Shown: positions 30,871 through 41,901, counted from the first letter of the stretch. The stretch is DNA of 64,000 bases from Promethearchaeota archaeon (GCA_019058365.1 JAHPZE010000001.1:288001-352000), one strand, 5' to 3'. The notes: a model not told the origin generated them from the sequence alone. A program made the numbers and translations.

Positions 30871-32181
30871 TTATAGTTCTTGAATTGCCTTTTCTTTAGC
30901 AATTCTTTCTTCTTCAGTTAGTTCTGTTTCACCTCTTTTAACAAAAAACATAAAAACTAATGCGAATATGAAGAAGAATGAGGTTACTAAAAATAAGGTA
31001 GAATTACCGAGTCCATCTATTAATGCGCCTACCATAAATGGTCCTAATATTGCTGCCATAAAACTGAAGAAATAATATACCCCTGTATAAGTTCCAATCT
31101 TTTTGCTCGTAGGAGCCATTTCCCATACTATAACGATTGAATTGATATTAATAAAAGCCCAACCAATTCCTGCTATAAATAAGATTATTGTAATAACCGT
31201 TTCCGTTTGAATTAAAAAGCCTATAATTAGTGCACTAATAAAAAGGATTAAACCGATTTTGATTGTTAGTCTTCTCCCTATTTTTGAAGCCAGTATCCCA
31301 GCTGGAAGTGCTGAAAGAAGAAATGCAATAGCTACGTACAACAACATGAACCCTGCATCACCACGTGACAACCCCAATACATCCATACCATAAACTGTAA
31401 AAAGAGCTTCTAACGCTTGATATCCGACAAACCATGAAAAAATTGCTAAAAGTATAAATAGTGTAGATTTATCCTCTTCAGATAAGATGTCTTTAAAACT
31501 TTCGATTAGATTAGGTCTATCTTTTTTATCTTTAATTTTTTGCCCTTCTACTTCCTCCCTTTCTAAAATTAGTTTATAGCTATAAGATTCCTTCTCTTTT
31601 ATTGTCAGTAGTAAGATAATTAAAGAGGCAACCATAATAATAGCAACTGCGAAAAATGCGGCAAATAGACTAATCGGTACAAGGAATTTATTAAAGAGGT
31701 ATGCAATTAAAGCTCCAATTCCACCCATGAAATTGATAACGGCATTTCCTTTACTTCTATTTACAGGTTCTACAAAATCTGGCATAATTGCTACTGCTTG
31801 TGATCTGTAAGATGCCATACTTATATTAAAAAAGAACATCCATATAAGTAAAAGCCATAAAGGATCTTGGGTAGGATTAATAGTAGAAATCATAATAAAG
31901 AATATAGCAGCAAGAGGAATTCCAACGATTAAATAGGGCATCCGACGACCAAGTCTTGTTCGTGTATTATCTGAAACTGTACCCATAATAGGTTGGACAA
32001 AAACCCCGATAATATTGTCCATTGCCATCCACACTCCTACAAGAGCATAAGAACCTAAATATTCAAATAGAGTAATATTAACCTGTGTATTGAACATTGA
32101 CCAAGCTATACCAGTTGTAAAAAATGCTAACCCTATAAAAGTGGTTTGCTTTAAATCAAATTTTTGTTTAGTTTCTGACAT
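30871..32181 (-). CDS. MFS sugar transporter (GPH/SLC45-like)
   Basis: DNIIGVFVQPIMGTVSDNTRTRLGRRMPY. Confidence 0.9.
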   Translation of the reverse strand: MSETKQKFDLKQTTFIGLAFFTTGIAWSMFNTQVNITLFEYLGSYALVGVWMAMDNIIGVFVQPIMGTVSDNTRTRLGRRMPYLIVGIPLAAIFFIMISTINPTQDPLWLLLIWMFFFNISMASYRSQAVAIMPDFVEPVNRSKGNAVINFMGGIGALIAYLFNKFLVPISLFAAFFAVAIIMVASLIILLLTIKEKESYSYKLILEREEVEGQKIKDKKDRPNLIESFKDILSEEDKSTLFILLAIFSWFVGYQALEALFTVYGMDVLGLSRGDAGFMLLYVAIAFLLSALPAGILASKIGRRLTIKIGLILFISALIIGFLIQTETVITIILFIAGIGWAFININSIVIVWEMAPTSKKIGTYTGVYYFFSFMAAILGPFMVGALIDGLGNSTLFLVTSFFFIFALVFMFFVKRGETELTEEERIAKEKAIQEL

Positions 32182-32379
32182 AATTTTAAACCAATTTTTT
32201 GTAAATTTTGTGAATAATTGATTATTTATTAAATCTTTAAGTATTTAAAAGATCTATCTAGCAAATTTTCATTTTATAAAGACTGATTATACAAAAATGT
32301 ATATTAGAAGAAGTAAAAACCATTACCAAATTTAAAGTTATAAAAGCTAAATCGCGTTAAAATTACATCAAAAAAGAAT

Positions 32380-33264
32380 ATGAAACTAGAACCTGAATGT
32401 ATTGGATGTCTTTTTAATCAAGTGTTAAAAGCATTTGAATTATTAAATCCTAATATCTCTCGTGAAGTTGTGATTACTGCCCAGAAAAAACTCATGAAAT
32501 TTCTTTTAGACTTCAATATAAATGAGGTTGCCGCTCCTATTCTTGGAAAAGTGACTTATAATATCATTGCAGAGCTATTAGATAATAGGGATCCTTATCA
32601 TGATCTTAAAATTGAATATAATCGTCTTGTATTAAAGTACTTCGATGATACTTTAAATTTAATTGAAAAAGCAGAAGATCCTTTATTTATAGCTATTTTA
32701 GCGTCTGCACTTGGAAATACTATAGATTTTGCAGGTCAACATGATATAGATATTATTTATGACTTAGAAAACTTTAAGATCGAAAATTTAGCTATTAATG
32801 ATTATGAAAAATTCCAAAAATCATTAAAAAATTCAAAACAGCTATTAATATTAGGAGATAATGCCGGTGAGATTGTTTTCGATAAAATTCTAATCATTAT
32901 TCTTAAAAAATATTATCCAGATTTAGAAATAATCTATTCCGTGAGATCTGCTCCTATAATTAATGATGCTACTATTGAAGATGCGAAATTTATTAATCTA
33001 ACAAAATTAATTCATGTCATTGAGTCAAATGATGCTCCAGGAATAATTTTATCTGATGTATCAGAAGAATTTAAAGAATATTTCTATAACAAGAACACTA
33101 TTTTATTATCTAAGGGGCAAGGTAATTTCGAAAGTCTTTATGGTATGGAACTTCCCCAAAAAGATGTTTACTATTTATTAAAGGCTAAGTGTAATTTAAT
33201 GGAACGAATTTTTGAGGTAAAGATAGGAGATCTAATATTTAAAAAGAAAGAAAAGGGATTTTAA
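32380..33264 (+). CDS. Damage-control phosphatase, DUF89/ARMT1 family
   Basis: ECIGC, GNTIDF, LGDNAGEIVFD, PIINDAT, SKGQGNFESL. Confidence 0.93.
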   Translation: MKLEPECIGCLFNQVLKAFELLNPNISREVVITAQKKLMKFLLDFNINEVAAPILGKVTYNIIAELLDNRDPYHDLKIEYNRLVLKYFDDTLNLIEKAEDPLFIAILASALGNTIDFAGQHDIDIIYDLENFKIENLAINDYEKFQKSLKNSKQLLILGDNAGEIVFDKILIIILKKYYPDLEIIYSVRSAPIINDATIEDAKFINLTKLIHVIESNDAPGIILSDVSEEFKEYFYNKNTILLSKGQGNFESLYGMELPQKDVYYLLKAKCNLMERIFEVKIGDLIFKKKEKGF

Positions 33265-33749
33265 TTCGTTGAATTAGTTCTTAATTTTTTAATAGCATCA
33301 GTAAAAAAACCAAAGTCTCCAATTTCAGGTTCTTTTTGGTTGTCTTTAATCCTGTTAAAATATTCTTCAATCTGTGTAAATAAAATATTTTTAAAAGAAG
33401 TGAATTGACTAACTTCATTACAATTTTCATCAATTTCAGTACGATATAATGAATAAAACATATCTAATGCTTTTTCTGCCTCTTCTCTTATTCCAAGTCT
33501 TGCAAAACCCTTATCAAGTATTGCAACAAAGATCAAGTTATATTTATATACAATAATCATTTCTACGTCGAGTCCTTTAATGTTGATCTCTTCAATCTGT
33601 CCTAAATTTTCACCAAATAAACCTAAAGCACCTACAAAAGAAGATAATAAAACAGGATTAATCTTCGTATCCAATATAAGATCGAGGAGATACTGGCCAC
33701 TCTCTTCACAAATTACAATTCCTTTAATTCCCTTATGATTTCCAGAAAT
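33261..33749 (-). CDS. Longin-like domain protein (probably starts upstream of the annotated TTG at 33674, at ATT or ATA)
   Basis: In-frame upstream GIKGIVICEESGQYLLD completes the longin pattern with LLSSFVGALGLFGE. Confidence 0.65.
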   Translation of the reverse strand: MSGNHKGIKGIVICEESGQYLLDLILDTKINPVLLSSFVGALGLFGENLGQIEEINIKGLDVEMIIVYKYNLIFVAILDKGFARLGIREEAEKALDMFYSLYRTEIDENCNEVSQFTSFKNILFTQIEEYFNRIKDNQKEPEIGDFGFFTDAIKKLRTNSTN

Positions 33750-33956
33750 AATTATCCCTGTTATTAATTTAATTAATATTCTAATTAAATAAAAATAATT
33801 TTAGCTAATAAAAGCATCTAATTTATAATTTTAATAATAGGATATATTATCTGGAAAATAGTTTTATATTCAGATTATCACTTTTATATTGTTTCATAGT
33901 TTCGTGATGGTGACACATACAATAAATAATTTTATTATTAAAAGAAAAAAATATTA

Positions 33957-34808
33957 TTATTTTTCTAAAATATCTCTAATTTTTTTAACTGTGTCTTTGA
34001 AAGCTTTAGCTGATTTGCTTTCGGGGTATTTTAAAACAAATGGTAACCCTTGGTCACTTTGTTGACTAACTTCAATTTCAAAAGGAATTTTTCCTAATAA
34101 CGCAACATTGAAATCTATGCTAGCTTTTTCCGCACCACCAGGAGGGTATAAGTCAATATATTCCCCACAATGAGGACAATTAAAACCAGACATATTCTCT
34201 ATTATTCCAAGGATGCTTCTTTCCATTACCATTGCCATTTTAATTGTTTTTCTTGCATCCATTAAAGCAACTTCTTGAGGAGTAGATACAATCACCACAT
34301 TTTCATCTGGAATTAATTGTAAAATATCTAAAGTTTCATCAGATGTTCCAGGAGGTAAATCACATATTAAATAATCAAGTTCACCCCACACAGCATCCCC
34401 TAAAAATTGTCTTACGGCACTCATTTTCATAGGACCTCTCCAAATTACAGGCTCATCAGATGTAAGAGTTAAAAATGCCATACTCATAACTTTAAGTTTT
34501 AATGGTCCATCAATAGGATAAAATATCTTAGCTTCAGCGTCGACTCTTGGTTTCAACTCTGGGTTAATACCCAACATTTTTATGACATTTGGGCCTGTAA
34601 TATCTACATCAAGAATTCCTACCCTCAATCCAACACTAGCTAAACTCATAGCAAGATTAATCGCCACAGTAGTTTTCCCTACACCACCCTTCCCCGAAAT
34701 GATAACAATTTTGTGCTTTATCTTTTCCATATTTTTTTGAATGTTTTTAGTACGCTCATCCAACATCATTTCTTTTAAATTTATATCTGGAACCTGTTCT
34801 TCTGACAT
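33957..34808 (-). CDS. mrp: Mrp/NBP35 Fe-S cluster carrier ATPase
   Basis: SGKGGVGKT, VIWRGP, DLPPGTSD, ENMSGFNCPHC. Confidence 0.95.
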   Translation of the reverse strand: MSEEQVPDINLKEMMLDERTKNIQKNMEKIKHKIVIISGKGGVGKTTVAINLAMSLASVGLRVGILDVDITGPNVIKMLGINPELKPRVDAEAKIFYPIDGPLKLKVMSMAFLTLTSDEPVIWRGPMKMSAVRQFLGDAVWGELDYLICDLPPGTSDETLDILQLIPDENVVIVSTPQEVALMDARKTIKMAMVMERSILGIIENMSGFNCPHCGEYIDLYPPGGAEKASIDFNVALLGKIPFEIEVSQQSDQGLPFVLKYPESKSAKAFKDTVKKIRDILEK

Positions 34809-35066
34809 TTATTTAATCACCTTAATTTTCATCTAAAAATATTTATTTTATTATTATTTAATTTGAGAAACAAATGTATTGCTTTAATTCTATCGTTAAT
34901 AAATTATGAAATTTTCTGAGTTTTCAATTATAATTATAATTCCTACTGCGAGAAATTTATAATACATAAACTAAAGAAATTAATAAATCGCAGAATATTA
35001 TTCATAACTGAAAAGAGAAGAATAATTAATTTTTGAAGGTGTTTTTGAATACCAGTAAGTAATTTC

Positions 35067-35534
35067 ATGGAGCTCTATAAATTTTTACCTAAAACCAACT
35101 GCAAAAAGTGTGGGAAACCAACTTGTATGGCTTTTGCATTAGATTTGTTACAAGGAAAGGTAAAAATCGATGATTGTAGTCCACTTTTAGAACCTAAGTA
35201 CAAAAAGAATTATGATGCATTAAAGAATTTAATAGGTTCTGAAGAGGGAAAGGAAAAGGAGCTTAAAATTGATGTAGATACCGAGTTATGTGATGGATGT
35301 GGAATTTGTGTGACTGTATGTCCAGTTAATGCAAGGTATTGCCCTCCGACCTTAAGTGGTAAAGCTCCAGATTATCCCCCCGAAAATCACCAATTGTTTC
35401 AAGTTAAGGATGGAAAATGTGAACTATTAGCTATAAAATATTGTCGAAGAATCGAAGCGGAAGGGCGAGAAAGAGAATGTCGGGTTTGTGAAACCTATTG
35501 TCCACGAGAAGCTATAAAAATTGATTATGTTTAA
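35067..35534 (+). CDS. FwdG-like ferredoxin with N-terminal Fe-S (AcsC/RnfB-type) domain
   Basis: LPKTNCKKCGKPTCMAFA..DCSPL; CDGCGICVTVCP; CRVCETYCP. Confidence 0.8.
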   Translation: MELYKFLPKTNCKKCGKPTCMAFALDLLQGKVKIDDCSPLLEPKYKKNYDALKNLIGSEEGKEKELKIDVDTELCDGCGICVTVCPVNARYCPPTLSGKAPDYPPENHQLFQVKDGKCELLAIKYCRRIEAEGRERECRVCETYCPREAIKIDYV

Positions 35535-35571
35535 TTTTATTCTAAGAATCTTTATAAGAGTGTAATAAATA

Positions 35572-36879
35572 ATGGTTAGTGAACGTATTACATGTTCTGG
35601 ATGTTCGCTTCTATGTGATGATATTATTATTAGAAGTGATGGTTTATATATTGATGAAGTAATTGGAGCTTGTTTGAAAGGTAAAGAGAGATTTGACCAA
35701 ATTACATCAAAGAACAGAATATTATCTCCTCTAATAAAAGAAGATGGAGAATTACAGAAAGCAACATTTGATGAAGCTTTAGGAAAAGTTATTAAAATTA
35801 TAAAGAACTCTTCTAAACCTCTTTTATATGGCTTTTCCACCACAAGTTGCGAAGCTCAATTAAAAGGTATTGATCTCGCAAAAACGATAAACGGCTTTAT
35901 AGATTCTAATTCTACAATCTGTCAAGGAAAAGTACTAAATATTTCAAAAGAAACGGGAATAACGCTAACAACTATCTCAGAAATTATAAATAAAGCAGAC
36001 TTATTGATGTTATGGGGAGCAAATGCAGCTGAATCAATACCACGTTTATTAAATAAGGTACTATTTTCACGGGGTAAGTTTAGAATGACTGGGCGAGAAA
36101 TTAAAACTTTAATAGTTATAGACCCAGTTAAAACAGCCTCTTTTGGAGTAATGGGTGTACGAGATATAGCACTTCAAATTGAACCAGGAAAAGATATTGA
36201 TTTGATTCGTGTTTTAAAAGAAGAATGTTGTGTAGCAGATAGTGTTCCAAACAATGGCGTTGCTGGTATAGATAAAGATGATCTAAAAAGATTATTACTC
36301 CATTTAACTGGTGCTGAAAATGGAGTAATTATAATTGGTCAAGGCATTTTAAGTTCTCAGAATAGTCCTAATGTAATTAAAGAGTTACTTGAATTAGTGC
36401 AATTAATAAATGTTAAGCAAAAAAAGGGACGCATTTCTATCATGATGTTAGGCGGTCATTATAACATGGTAGGTTTTGACCATGTTGCACTTTCAATATG
36501 TGGGAAAAACCATAGCTTACAATTTTTAAATAATCAATTGATTGAATCAAAAGAAACAATCGTCTCAAAAATTGAAAATGAAGATTTTGATTGTTCTATA
36601 ATTGTAGGAACGGATCCAATTTCGCATTTACCTTGGCAATTAAGTAAAAAATTGATGGCAAAACCTTTAATCCTAATCGATAATAAACAATCCGCAACCT
36701 CGTACGTAGCAGACATAATAATACCTTCAGCAATCACTGGAATTGAAAGTGGAGGATTAGCTTATCGTTTGGATCATATTCCAATTGAATTGAAAAAAAT
36801 CATAAAACCACCAAACGACATTCTTTCTGATGAAGAAATATTAACTAAAATTATGTATGGATTTAAGGAGGGTAGATAA
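35572..36879 (+). CDS. fwdB: Formylmethanofuran dehydrogenase subunit B (divergent)
   Basis: CSGCSLLCDDI, STICQG, ADLLMLWGAN, GHYN, AYRLD..PI. Confidence 0.85.
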   Translation: MVSERITCSGCSLLCDDIIIRSDGLYIDEVIGACLKGKERFDQITSKNRILSPLIKEDGELQKATFDEALGKVIKIIKNSSKPLLYGFSTTSCEAQLKGIDLAKTINGFIDSNSTICQGKVLNISKETGITLTTISEIINKADLLMLWGANAAESIPRLLNKVLFSRGKFRMTGREIKTLIVIDPVKTASFGVMGVRDIALQIEPGKDIDLIRVLKEECCVADSVPNNGVAGIDKDDLKRLLLHLTGAENGVIIIGQGILSSQNSPNVIKELLELVQLINVKQKKGRISIMMLGGHYNMVGFDHVALSICGKNHSLQFLNNQLIESKETIVSKIENEDFDCSIIVGTDPISHLPWQLSKKLMAKPLILIDNKQSATSYVADIIIPSAITGIESGGLAYRLDHIPIELKKIIKPPNDILSDEEILTKIMYGFKEGR

Positions 36880-37246
36880 AATAGAAATGATAGTAAATAC
36901 AGTTAGAATAATGGATTACGATCAAGTAAAGGAGTATTCTTTAGGAGATGATACCTCTCTTACAGAAAATTTGGCGATTGGATTATTAAATCCAGAAGAT
37001 TTTAAAAATCTTAATTTAACTGCAAATGCAAATTTAAAAATAAGTAACAAGTATGGTAGTGTTATTATAAAGCCAATTCAAGATAAAAATGTTCCTATAG
37101 GAATTATTAATATGCCAGTCTCCATTTGGGCTAATCAAATTACTGGACTCGAGAAGAGTGAAATAGTATATAAAAATTTAAGCGTAAATGTGGAAGTAAC
37201 TTCAGACTCAGTAAAGAACGTAAAAAGTCTATTAAATATAATTTAA
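36857..37246 (+). CDS. fwdD: Formylmethanofuran dehydrogenase subunit D
   Basis: NTVR, LNPEDF..L, GIINMPVSIWAN; the real start is probably 36881 or 36887. Confidence 0.82.
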   Translation: MDLRRVDKIEMIVNTVRIMDYDQVKEYSLGDDTSLTENLAIGLLNPEDFKNLNLTANANLKISNKYGSVIIKPIQDKNVPIGIINMPVSIWANQITGLEKSEIVYKNLSVNVEVTSDSVKNVKSLLNII

Positions 37247-37272
37247 ACAAATAGATAAGGGGATTATTAGAA

Positions 37273-38937
37273 TTGAATAAGCTAATTATCAAAAATGGTT
37301 TAGTGTTTGATCCCATCAACGATATTAATGGAGAAACAAAAGATATTTTAATTGAGTCTGGTAAAATAGTAGAAAAATTTAGCAGTGAAAGTAATGTTAA
37401 AGAAATAAATGCAAAGAATAGGAGTGTTATCCCCGCAGCTCTAGATATCCATACACATATAGCTTCTCAACAAACTAATTGGGCGCGATTATTAGGGTCA
37501 AATAACAAAAAATTCCAAGAGAATTGGGAAGGATTAACACTTAAAAACATTACAAGAAATTATATTTCTAATGGATACACATTTATACTTGAAGCTAATG
37601 TGTTTCCATCTTTAGCGAGAGAAACTATTTTTAATTTTAAACAAATACCTGTACTTGATAAGGCAATGTTATTAAATGTAAGTAATCTATGGCCTTTAGA
37701 ACTAGAATTTCAGAGAAAAAAAATTGATGAGATGGCAGTATTTCTATCTGACCTTCTATCAAAAACATATGGTTTTGGTTTCAAAGTCTATAATCCATTC
37801 GAAAATGAAATATGGAATTTTAAAGAACTAAGAGATGATTTAACACAACAAGGACGATTGTACAATTTTTCAACAATGGATGTGTATGAAAACCTTCTTA
37901 GATGCAATGAAAAACTTGGAATGCCTCATTCTCTTCATGCTCATATTGAAGGTTATGAAAATGCAACTGGCAAGAATAATCTCTTTGTTATTTTGGAAAA
38001 GATTAAATCATTAAATTTAACTCCCAATCAATATATAGGAAGAGATCACATTTTTCATATTGCTCATGCTAATACATATAACTATGATGGGGATAATGAG
38101 AATTTAATTAATTTTTTAAATGAAAATCATGATTTTTATATTGATCTTGCATTTCTAAGCTTCAATCCAATAAATCCATTAATAACTTCAGACAGAAGAC
38201 TTATACATTCGATGTTAACATCTGATATAATCGATAATCCGCATAAATTAATTAGTTCAGCTATAGAATTTGAAGGAGATTATTTTATTTCAATGAGAAA
38301 TTTAAACAAAAATAATTATGTTAATTGTAATTTATGGGCTAATGCTATCGATTTAGCATTAAATATTAAAAATAAATTTCAAGTTAGTTTTTCTTTAAAT
38401 TTTCCTAATTATGCTAATATTTCTGATATTCCTGAAATTGCGACATGGTTAACAAGTAAGGAAGCTCGCGATAATTTCATGAAAGATATGAATACTGATT
38501 TCCTTAATAACCATCCTTTAGCTAATGACGATAAAGAACTAAAATTTCCAGAATTAATATGGTTAACAAGAATAAGTCCAGCAAAATCCTTAGGTTTATC
38601 AAGGATCAAAGGAAATCTTGGTTTAGATGCAGATGGCGATCTAAATATCTTAGATACGAATATTAATGAAATAGATCTCTCTAAAGACCATAGAAAATTA
38701 AGGAATGCATTACAAAATATTGAATATGTTATAAAATCAGGAGTAATTGTTAAAAAACAAAATGAATTCAATTTCAGTCATAATGGCTCAATTTTCTGGT
38801 CTAACGGAAAAGTTAACGTAAAAGAAAAAGATTTTATTATGTCTAAAAAAAAGGAATTTTACCAAAAGTATTCCTCTCTTTTTTATGATTCTTACAAAGT
38901 TTCGGTTGATAAGAATCTATTAAGAAGAGTTGATTAA
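37273..38937 (+). CDS. fwdA: Formylmethanofuran dehydrogenase subunit A (divergent amidohydrolase)
   Basis: IKNGLVFDP, DIHTHIA, GFKVYNP, PHSLHAH, TRISPAKSLGL. Confidence 0.88.
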   Translation: MNKLIIKNGLVFDPINDINGETKDILIESGKIVEKFSSESNVKEINAKNRSVIPAALDIHTHIASQQTNWARLLGSNNKKFQENWEGLTLKNITRNYISNGYTFILEANVFPSLARETIFNFKQIPVLDKAMLLNVSNLWPLELEFQRKKIDEMAVFLSDLLSKTYGFGFKVYNPFENEIWNFKELRDDLTQQGRLYNFSTMDVYENLLRCNEKLGMPHSLHAHIEGYENATGKNNLFVILEKIKSLNLTPNQYIGRDHIFHIAHANTYNYDGDNENLINFLNENHDFYIDLAFLSFNPINPLITSDRRLIHSMLTSDIIDNPHKLISSAIEFEGDYFISMRNLNKNNYVNCNLWANAIDLALNIKNKFQVSFSLNFPNYANISDIPEIATWLTSKEARDNFMKDMNTDFLNNHPLANDDKELKFPELIWLTRISPAKSLGLSRIKGNLGLDADGDLNILDTNINEIDLSKDHRKLRNALQNIEYVIKSGVIVKKQNEFNFSHNGSIFWSNGKVNVKEKDFIMSKKKEFYQKYSSLFYDSYKVSVDKNLLRRVD

Positions 38938-39015
38938 ATTTAATTTTTCCTTTCTATTTAAGAATAATTATTTAAGTGAACTCGATTAATTTTATACAAT
39001 ATAAAAGTAATTAAT

Positions 39016-40128
39016 TTATTTCACAGCTTCAGGGAGTAGTACGATAAAGTTACTTCCTTTTGAGTAATTTCCTTTAACTTTATCTTCAACCCAGATTTTT
39101 CCTTTATAACTTTCTATAATTTTTTTCACGAGGGTTAATCCAAACCCCATTCCCCTTGAACCTTTTTCTTTGTTGAATCTTTTTATAAAAATTCTTTGTT
39201 TTATTTCATCAGAAATCCCAATACCATTATCCCTGAATTCAAATTTAATGAATTTTACGTTTTTCTGTATTTCTTTGGAAATTTTTATGAGAATCTCAAC
39301 TTTGGGTTCATTATTATAAGTTAATGCATTGATTAACAAATTTTCAAAAACATCAATTAACAAATCATTAACTTGAACGAAAATGTCATCTTGAAATGAA
39401 TCTATAGCAATATCAATATCTTTTACTTTCTTATTGACTAAGACAAAATTTATCGCATCTTTAAGAACATCTATTGCATTAATAACTTTAATGGATCTTT
39501 CTTCATTGTCTAAAGAAGACAATTTTTGGACATTACTAACCATTTTTGCCCCTCTTGTGAGTTGATTTTTAATTATTTCATAATACTCTTTAATCTCACC
39601 CTCTCTTTCTTGTTCATTTAAGTATTTTTCACTAAGTTCTATTGCGATACTTATATTAGTAAGTATGTTATTGATATCATGATAGAATAAATCTTTATAA
39701 AGTTCAGCTCGATCGTATGCTTCACGAAACTGCTTCTCTGATTGTTTTAATTTCTTTTCTGCTTCTTTTTTCTCAGTAATATCTCGAGTAAATCCATAAA
39801 AACCAACTTTACTTCCACTAGAGTTATATCTTAAGTAAAAAGATCCTTCAAAAGTACGTATCTCCCCATCACTTCTTATAACTTGACTTTCAAAAATCCC
39901 TTTTGGAAGATTAGTTTTGTATAAATTATTAAAGATTTCAAATACTTCTTTTGTCGTATCTTTATCTAAAAAAGTGGTATAACTCTTTCCTAATAGTTTT
40001 TCTCTAGGAATCCCTAAGTATCTACAAATATAATCGTTGACATAAGTATAATTTCCTTGTAGATCTACTTCAAAATATCCGTCCTCAAGATTCTCAATAA
40101 TTTCTCTGTACCTTTCATCAGATTCCAT
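39016..40128 (-). CDS. PAS-domain sensor histidine kinase
   Basis: PAS/PAC (DGYFEVDLQG...RDITE); H-box HDINN; ENLLINA, DNGIG, GMGFGL. Confidence 0.92.
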   Translation of the reverse strand: MESDERYREIIENLEDGYFEVDLQGNYTYVNDYICRYLGIPREKLLGKSYTTFLDKDTTKEVFEIFNNLYKTNLPKGIFESQVIRSDGEIRTFEGSFYLRYNSSGSKVGFYGFTRDITEKKEAEKKLKQSEKQFREAYDRAELYKDLFYHDINNILTNISIAIELSEKYLNEQEREGEIKEYYEIIKNQLTRGAKMVSNVQKLSSLDNEERSIKVINAIDVLKDAINFVLVNKKVKDIDIAIDSFQDDIFVQVNDLLIDVFENLLINALTYNNEPKVEILIKISKEIQKNVKFIKFEFRDNGIGISDEIKQRIFIKRFNKEKGSRGMGFGLTLVKKIIESYKGKIWVEDKVKGNYSKGSNFIVLLPEAVK

Positions 40129-40476
40129 AAAGTTTCGTTAAGCCTCTTTCATTTGAGTTATGTATCTAAACAATAACGCTAGTATAGTTTGAACTGTATC
40201 GGATTTATAAATATGTATTTTTAATTATAAGATAATTCAATAGCTAATACAAAGAAGATAATTAAGAAATTTAATCTTATGTTGATAATTTTATTTATGT
40301 TTTAATTCGTAACACAAAAAGAGAAATTAATATTTTAAAACATCAATTGTTTTCTTTAATTGCTAATTTTTTAAAGTTAACAGATTCAGTAATATAAAAT
40401 CTTTATTTACACACTTCCATCATATCAATAGGTTAAATTTCTCTAGTTTATTAAGATACTTTTTACAGCCTTTCTA

Positions 40477-41901
40477 CTAATAATTTAATCCTTTTAATAA
40501 TTGAACTGTTGTAAACATATTTTTTCCACCTTTTCGCAGATAATCCATTGCTTTTTCAATTCCCTCAACAGTTAAATCGAACATTGGGATTATACTAGAT
40601 ATAATCTTCCGTGTCCAAGGTGCCCATTCAGGTCTAATGAGTTCTGGATTTAACCAGACTACGTTATTTTTAAAATGATTCGCAAGCTCTTTAATATAGT
40701 AAATTCCGGGTAATTCATTTCGATGATAATAATAAATAGAGCCATATTTTTCCGTAAGTTCCCAACTTGCCATTGCAGCATCACCAACAACTACAATTTT
40801 ATATTTATTATCATATTTTTTTAAAAATTCATTGAATTCAATTGCTTCTTCTGGATTTCTTCTTGCATTGAGATAAAGGCTCTCATAAAGACAATTATGG
40901 AAGTAAAAATATTTAAACGTACGCCAGTGTGACATATTATTTGCGGCAGAAAATAGCAGATTGACAAGGTGCGCATATGGTGTCATACTTCCACCAACGT
41001 CCATTAATAATATTAATCTCACATTGTTTTTCCTTTTTTTATCGAACACGAGTTCTATGTCTCCATAGTTTTTAGCCGTTTTGTCTATAGTCTTATCTAA
41101 ATCGAGTTCATCTCTTTTTCCAATTTCTTCGAGTTTTTTTAAACGCTTTAGAGCAACTTTTATCTGTCTTGTATCGAGTACGATATCTTTCCGATAATCT
41201 TTAAAAATTCTTTTCTGAGCAATCTGCATTGCCATACGCATTCCTGATGAGCCACCAATTCTCATACCCATTGGATTCTGACCCCCATGACCAAAGGGAG
41301 ATGCTCCCTGAGTACCAATCCAGCGATTCCCTCCATGATGTTCTTCATCTTGTTTTTGCATTAATTCTTCGAAACGCTTTTGCATTTCTTCGAGATCAAA
41401 AAATTGGCTAATCATTTCTTGAAAATTGCCCTTGATTTCAGACAAATCAAAATTTTTTTCTAACCACTTCCAAATTTCATCTTTTATTTCATTTGGCGCA
41501 TTAATTAAAAGTTTATCTCCAAATTCAGAACTATATTTTTTCAATAGTTCTTCTAAGAATTCTTCAAGATTATCTATATTGATATATTCTTGGTATTCTC
41601 TTAGTAGGAGTTGCAGCCCTTCTATAAGTTCAGGGAGAGTAATATCTTTATTGAGCCAATCCCAAATTTCTTGTTTAATATCTTCAGGGAATTGCACCAT
41701 AGCTTCTTTGAAAAAGTTCGCAAAAGCAATGTCATATATATCAAAGTGGTGTTCACTCTTGCACAATATTGAACGGGATGTATAGTAAAACTCAAGCATA
41801 TTATGGATAAGCCCTTTATTGAGTGCTTCCATTAGCGTCATGTATTCAGTAATACTAACAGGTAACCTTTCTTTCAAATAATAAAAATATTCCACAAACA
41901 T
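40477..41901 (-). CDS. VWA-domain CoxE-like protein
   Basis: HHGGNRWIGTQGASPFG, LMDVGGSM MIDAS motif, FHNCLYE, VGDAAM, WLNP. Confidence 0.88.
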   Translation of the reverse strand: MFVEYFYYLKERLPVSITEYMTLMEALNKGLIHNMLEFYYTSRSILCKSEHHFDIYDIAFANFFKEAMVQFPEDIKQEIWDWLNKDITLPELIEGLQLLLREYQEYINIDNLEEFLEELLKKYSSEFGDKLLINAPNEIKDEIWKWLEKNFDLSEIKGNFQEMISQFFDLEEMQKRFEELMQKQDEEHHGGNRWIGTQGASPFGHGGQNPMGMRIGGSSGMRMAMQIAQKRIFKDYRKDIVLDTRQIKVALKRLKKLEEIGKRDELDLDKTIDKTAKNYGDIELVFDKKRKNNVRLILLMDVGGSMTPYAHLVNLLFSAANNMSHWRTFKYFYFHNCLYESLYLNARRNPEEAIEFNEFLKKYDNKYKIVVVGDAAMASWELTEKYGSIYYYHRNELPGIYYIKELANHFKNNVVWLNPELIRPEWAPWTRKIISSIIPMFDLTVEGIEKAMDYLRKGGKNMFTTVQLLKGLNY

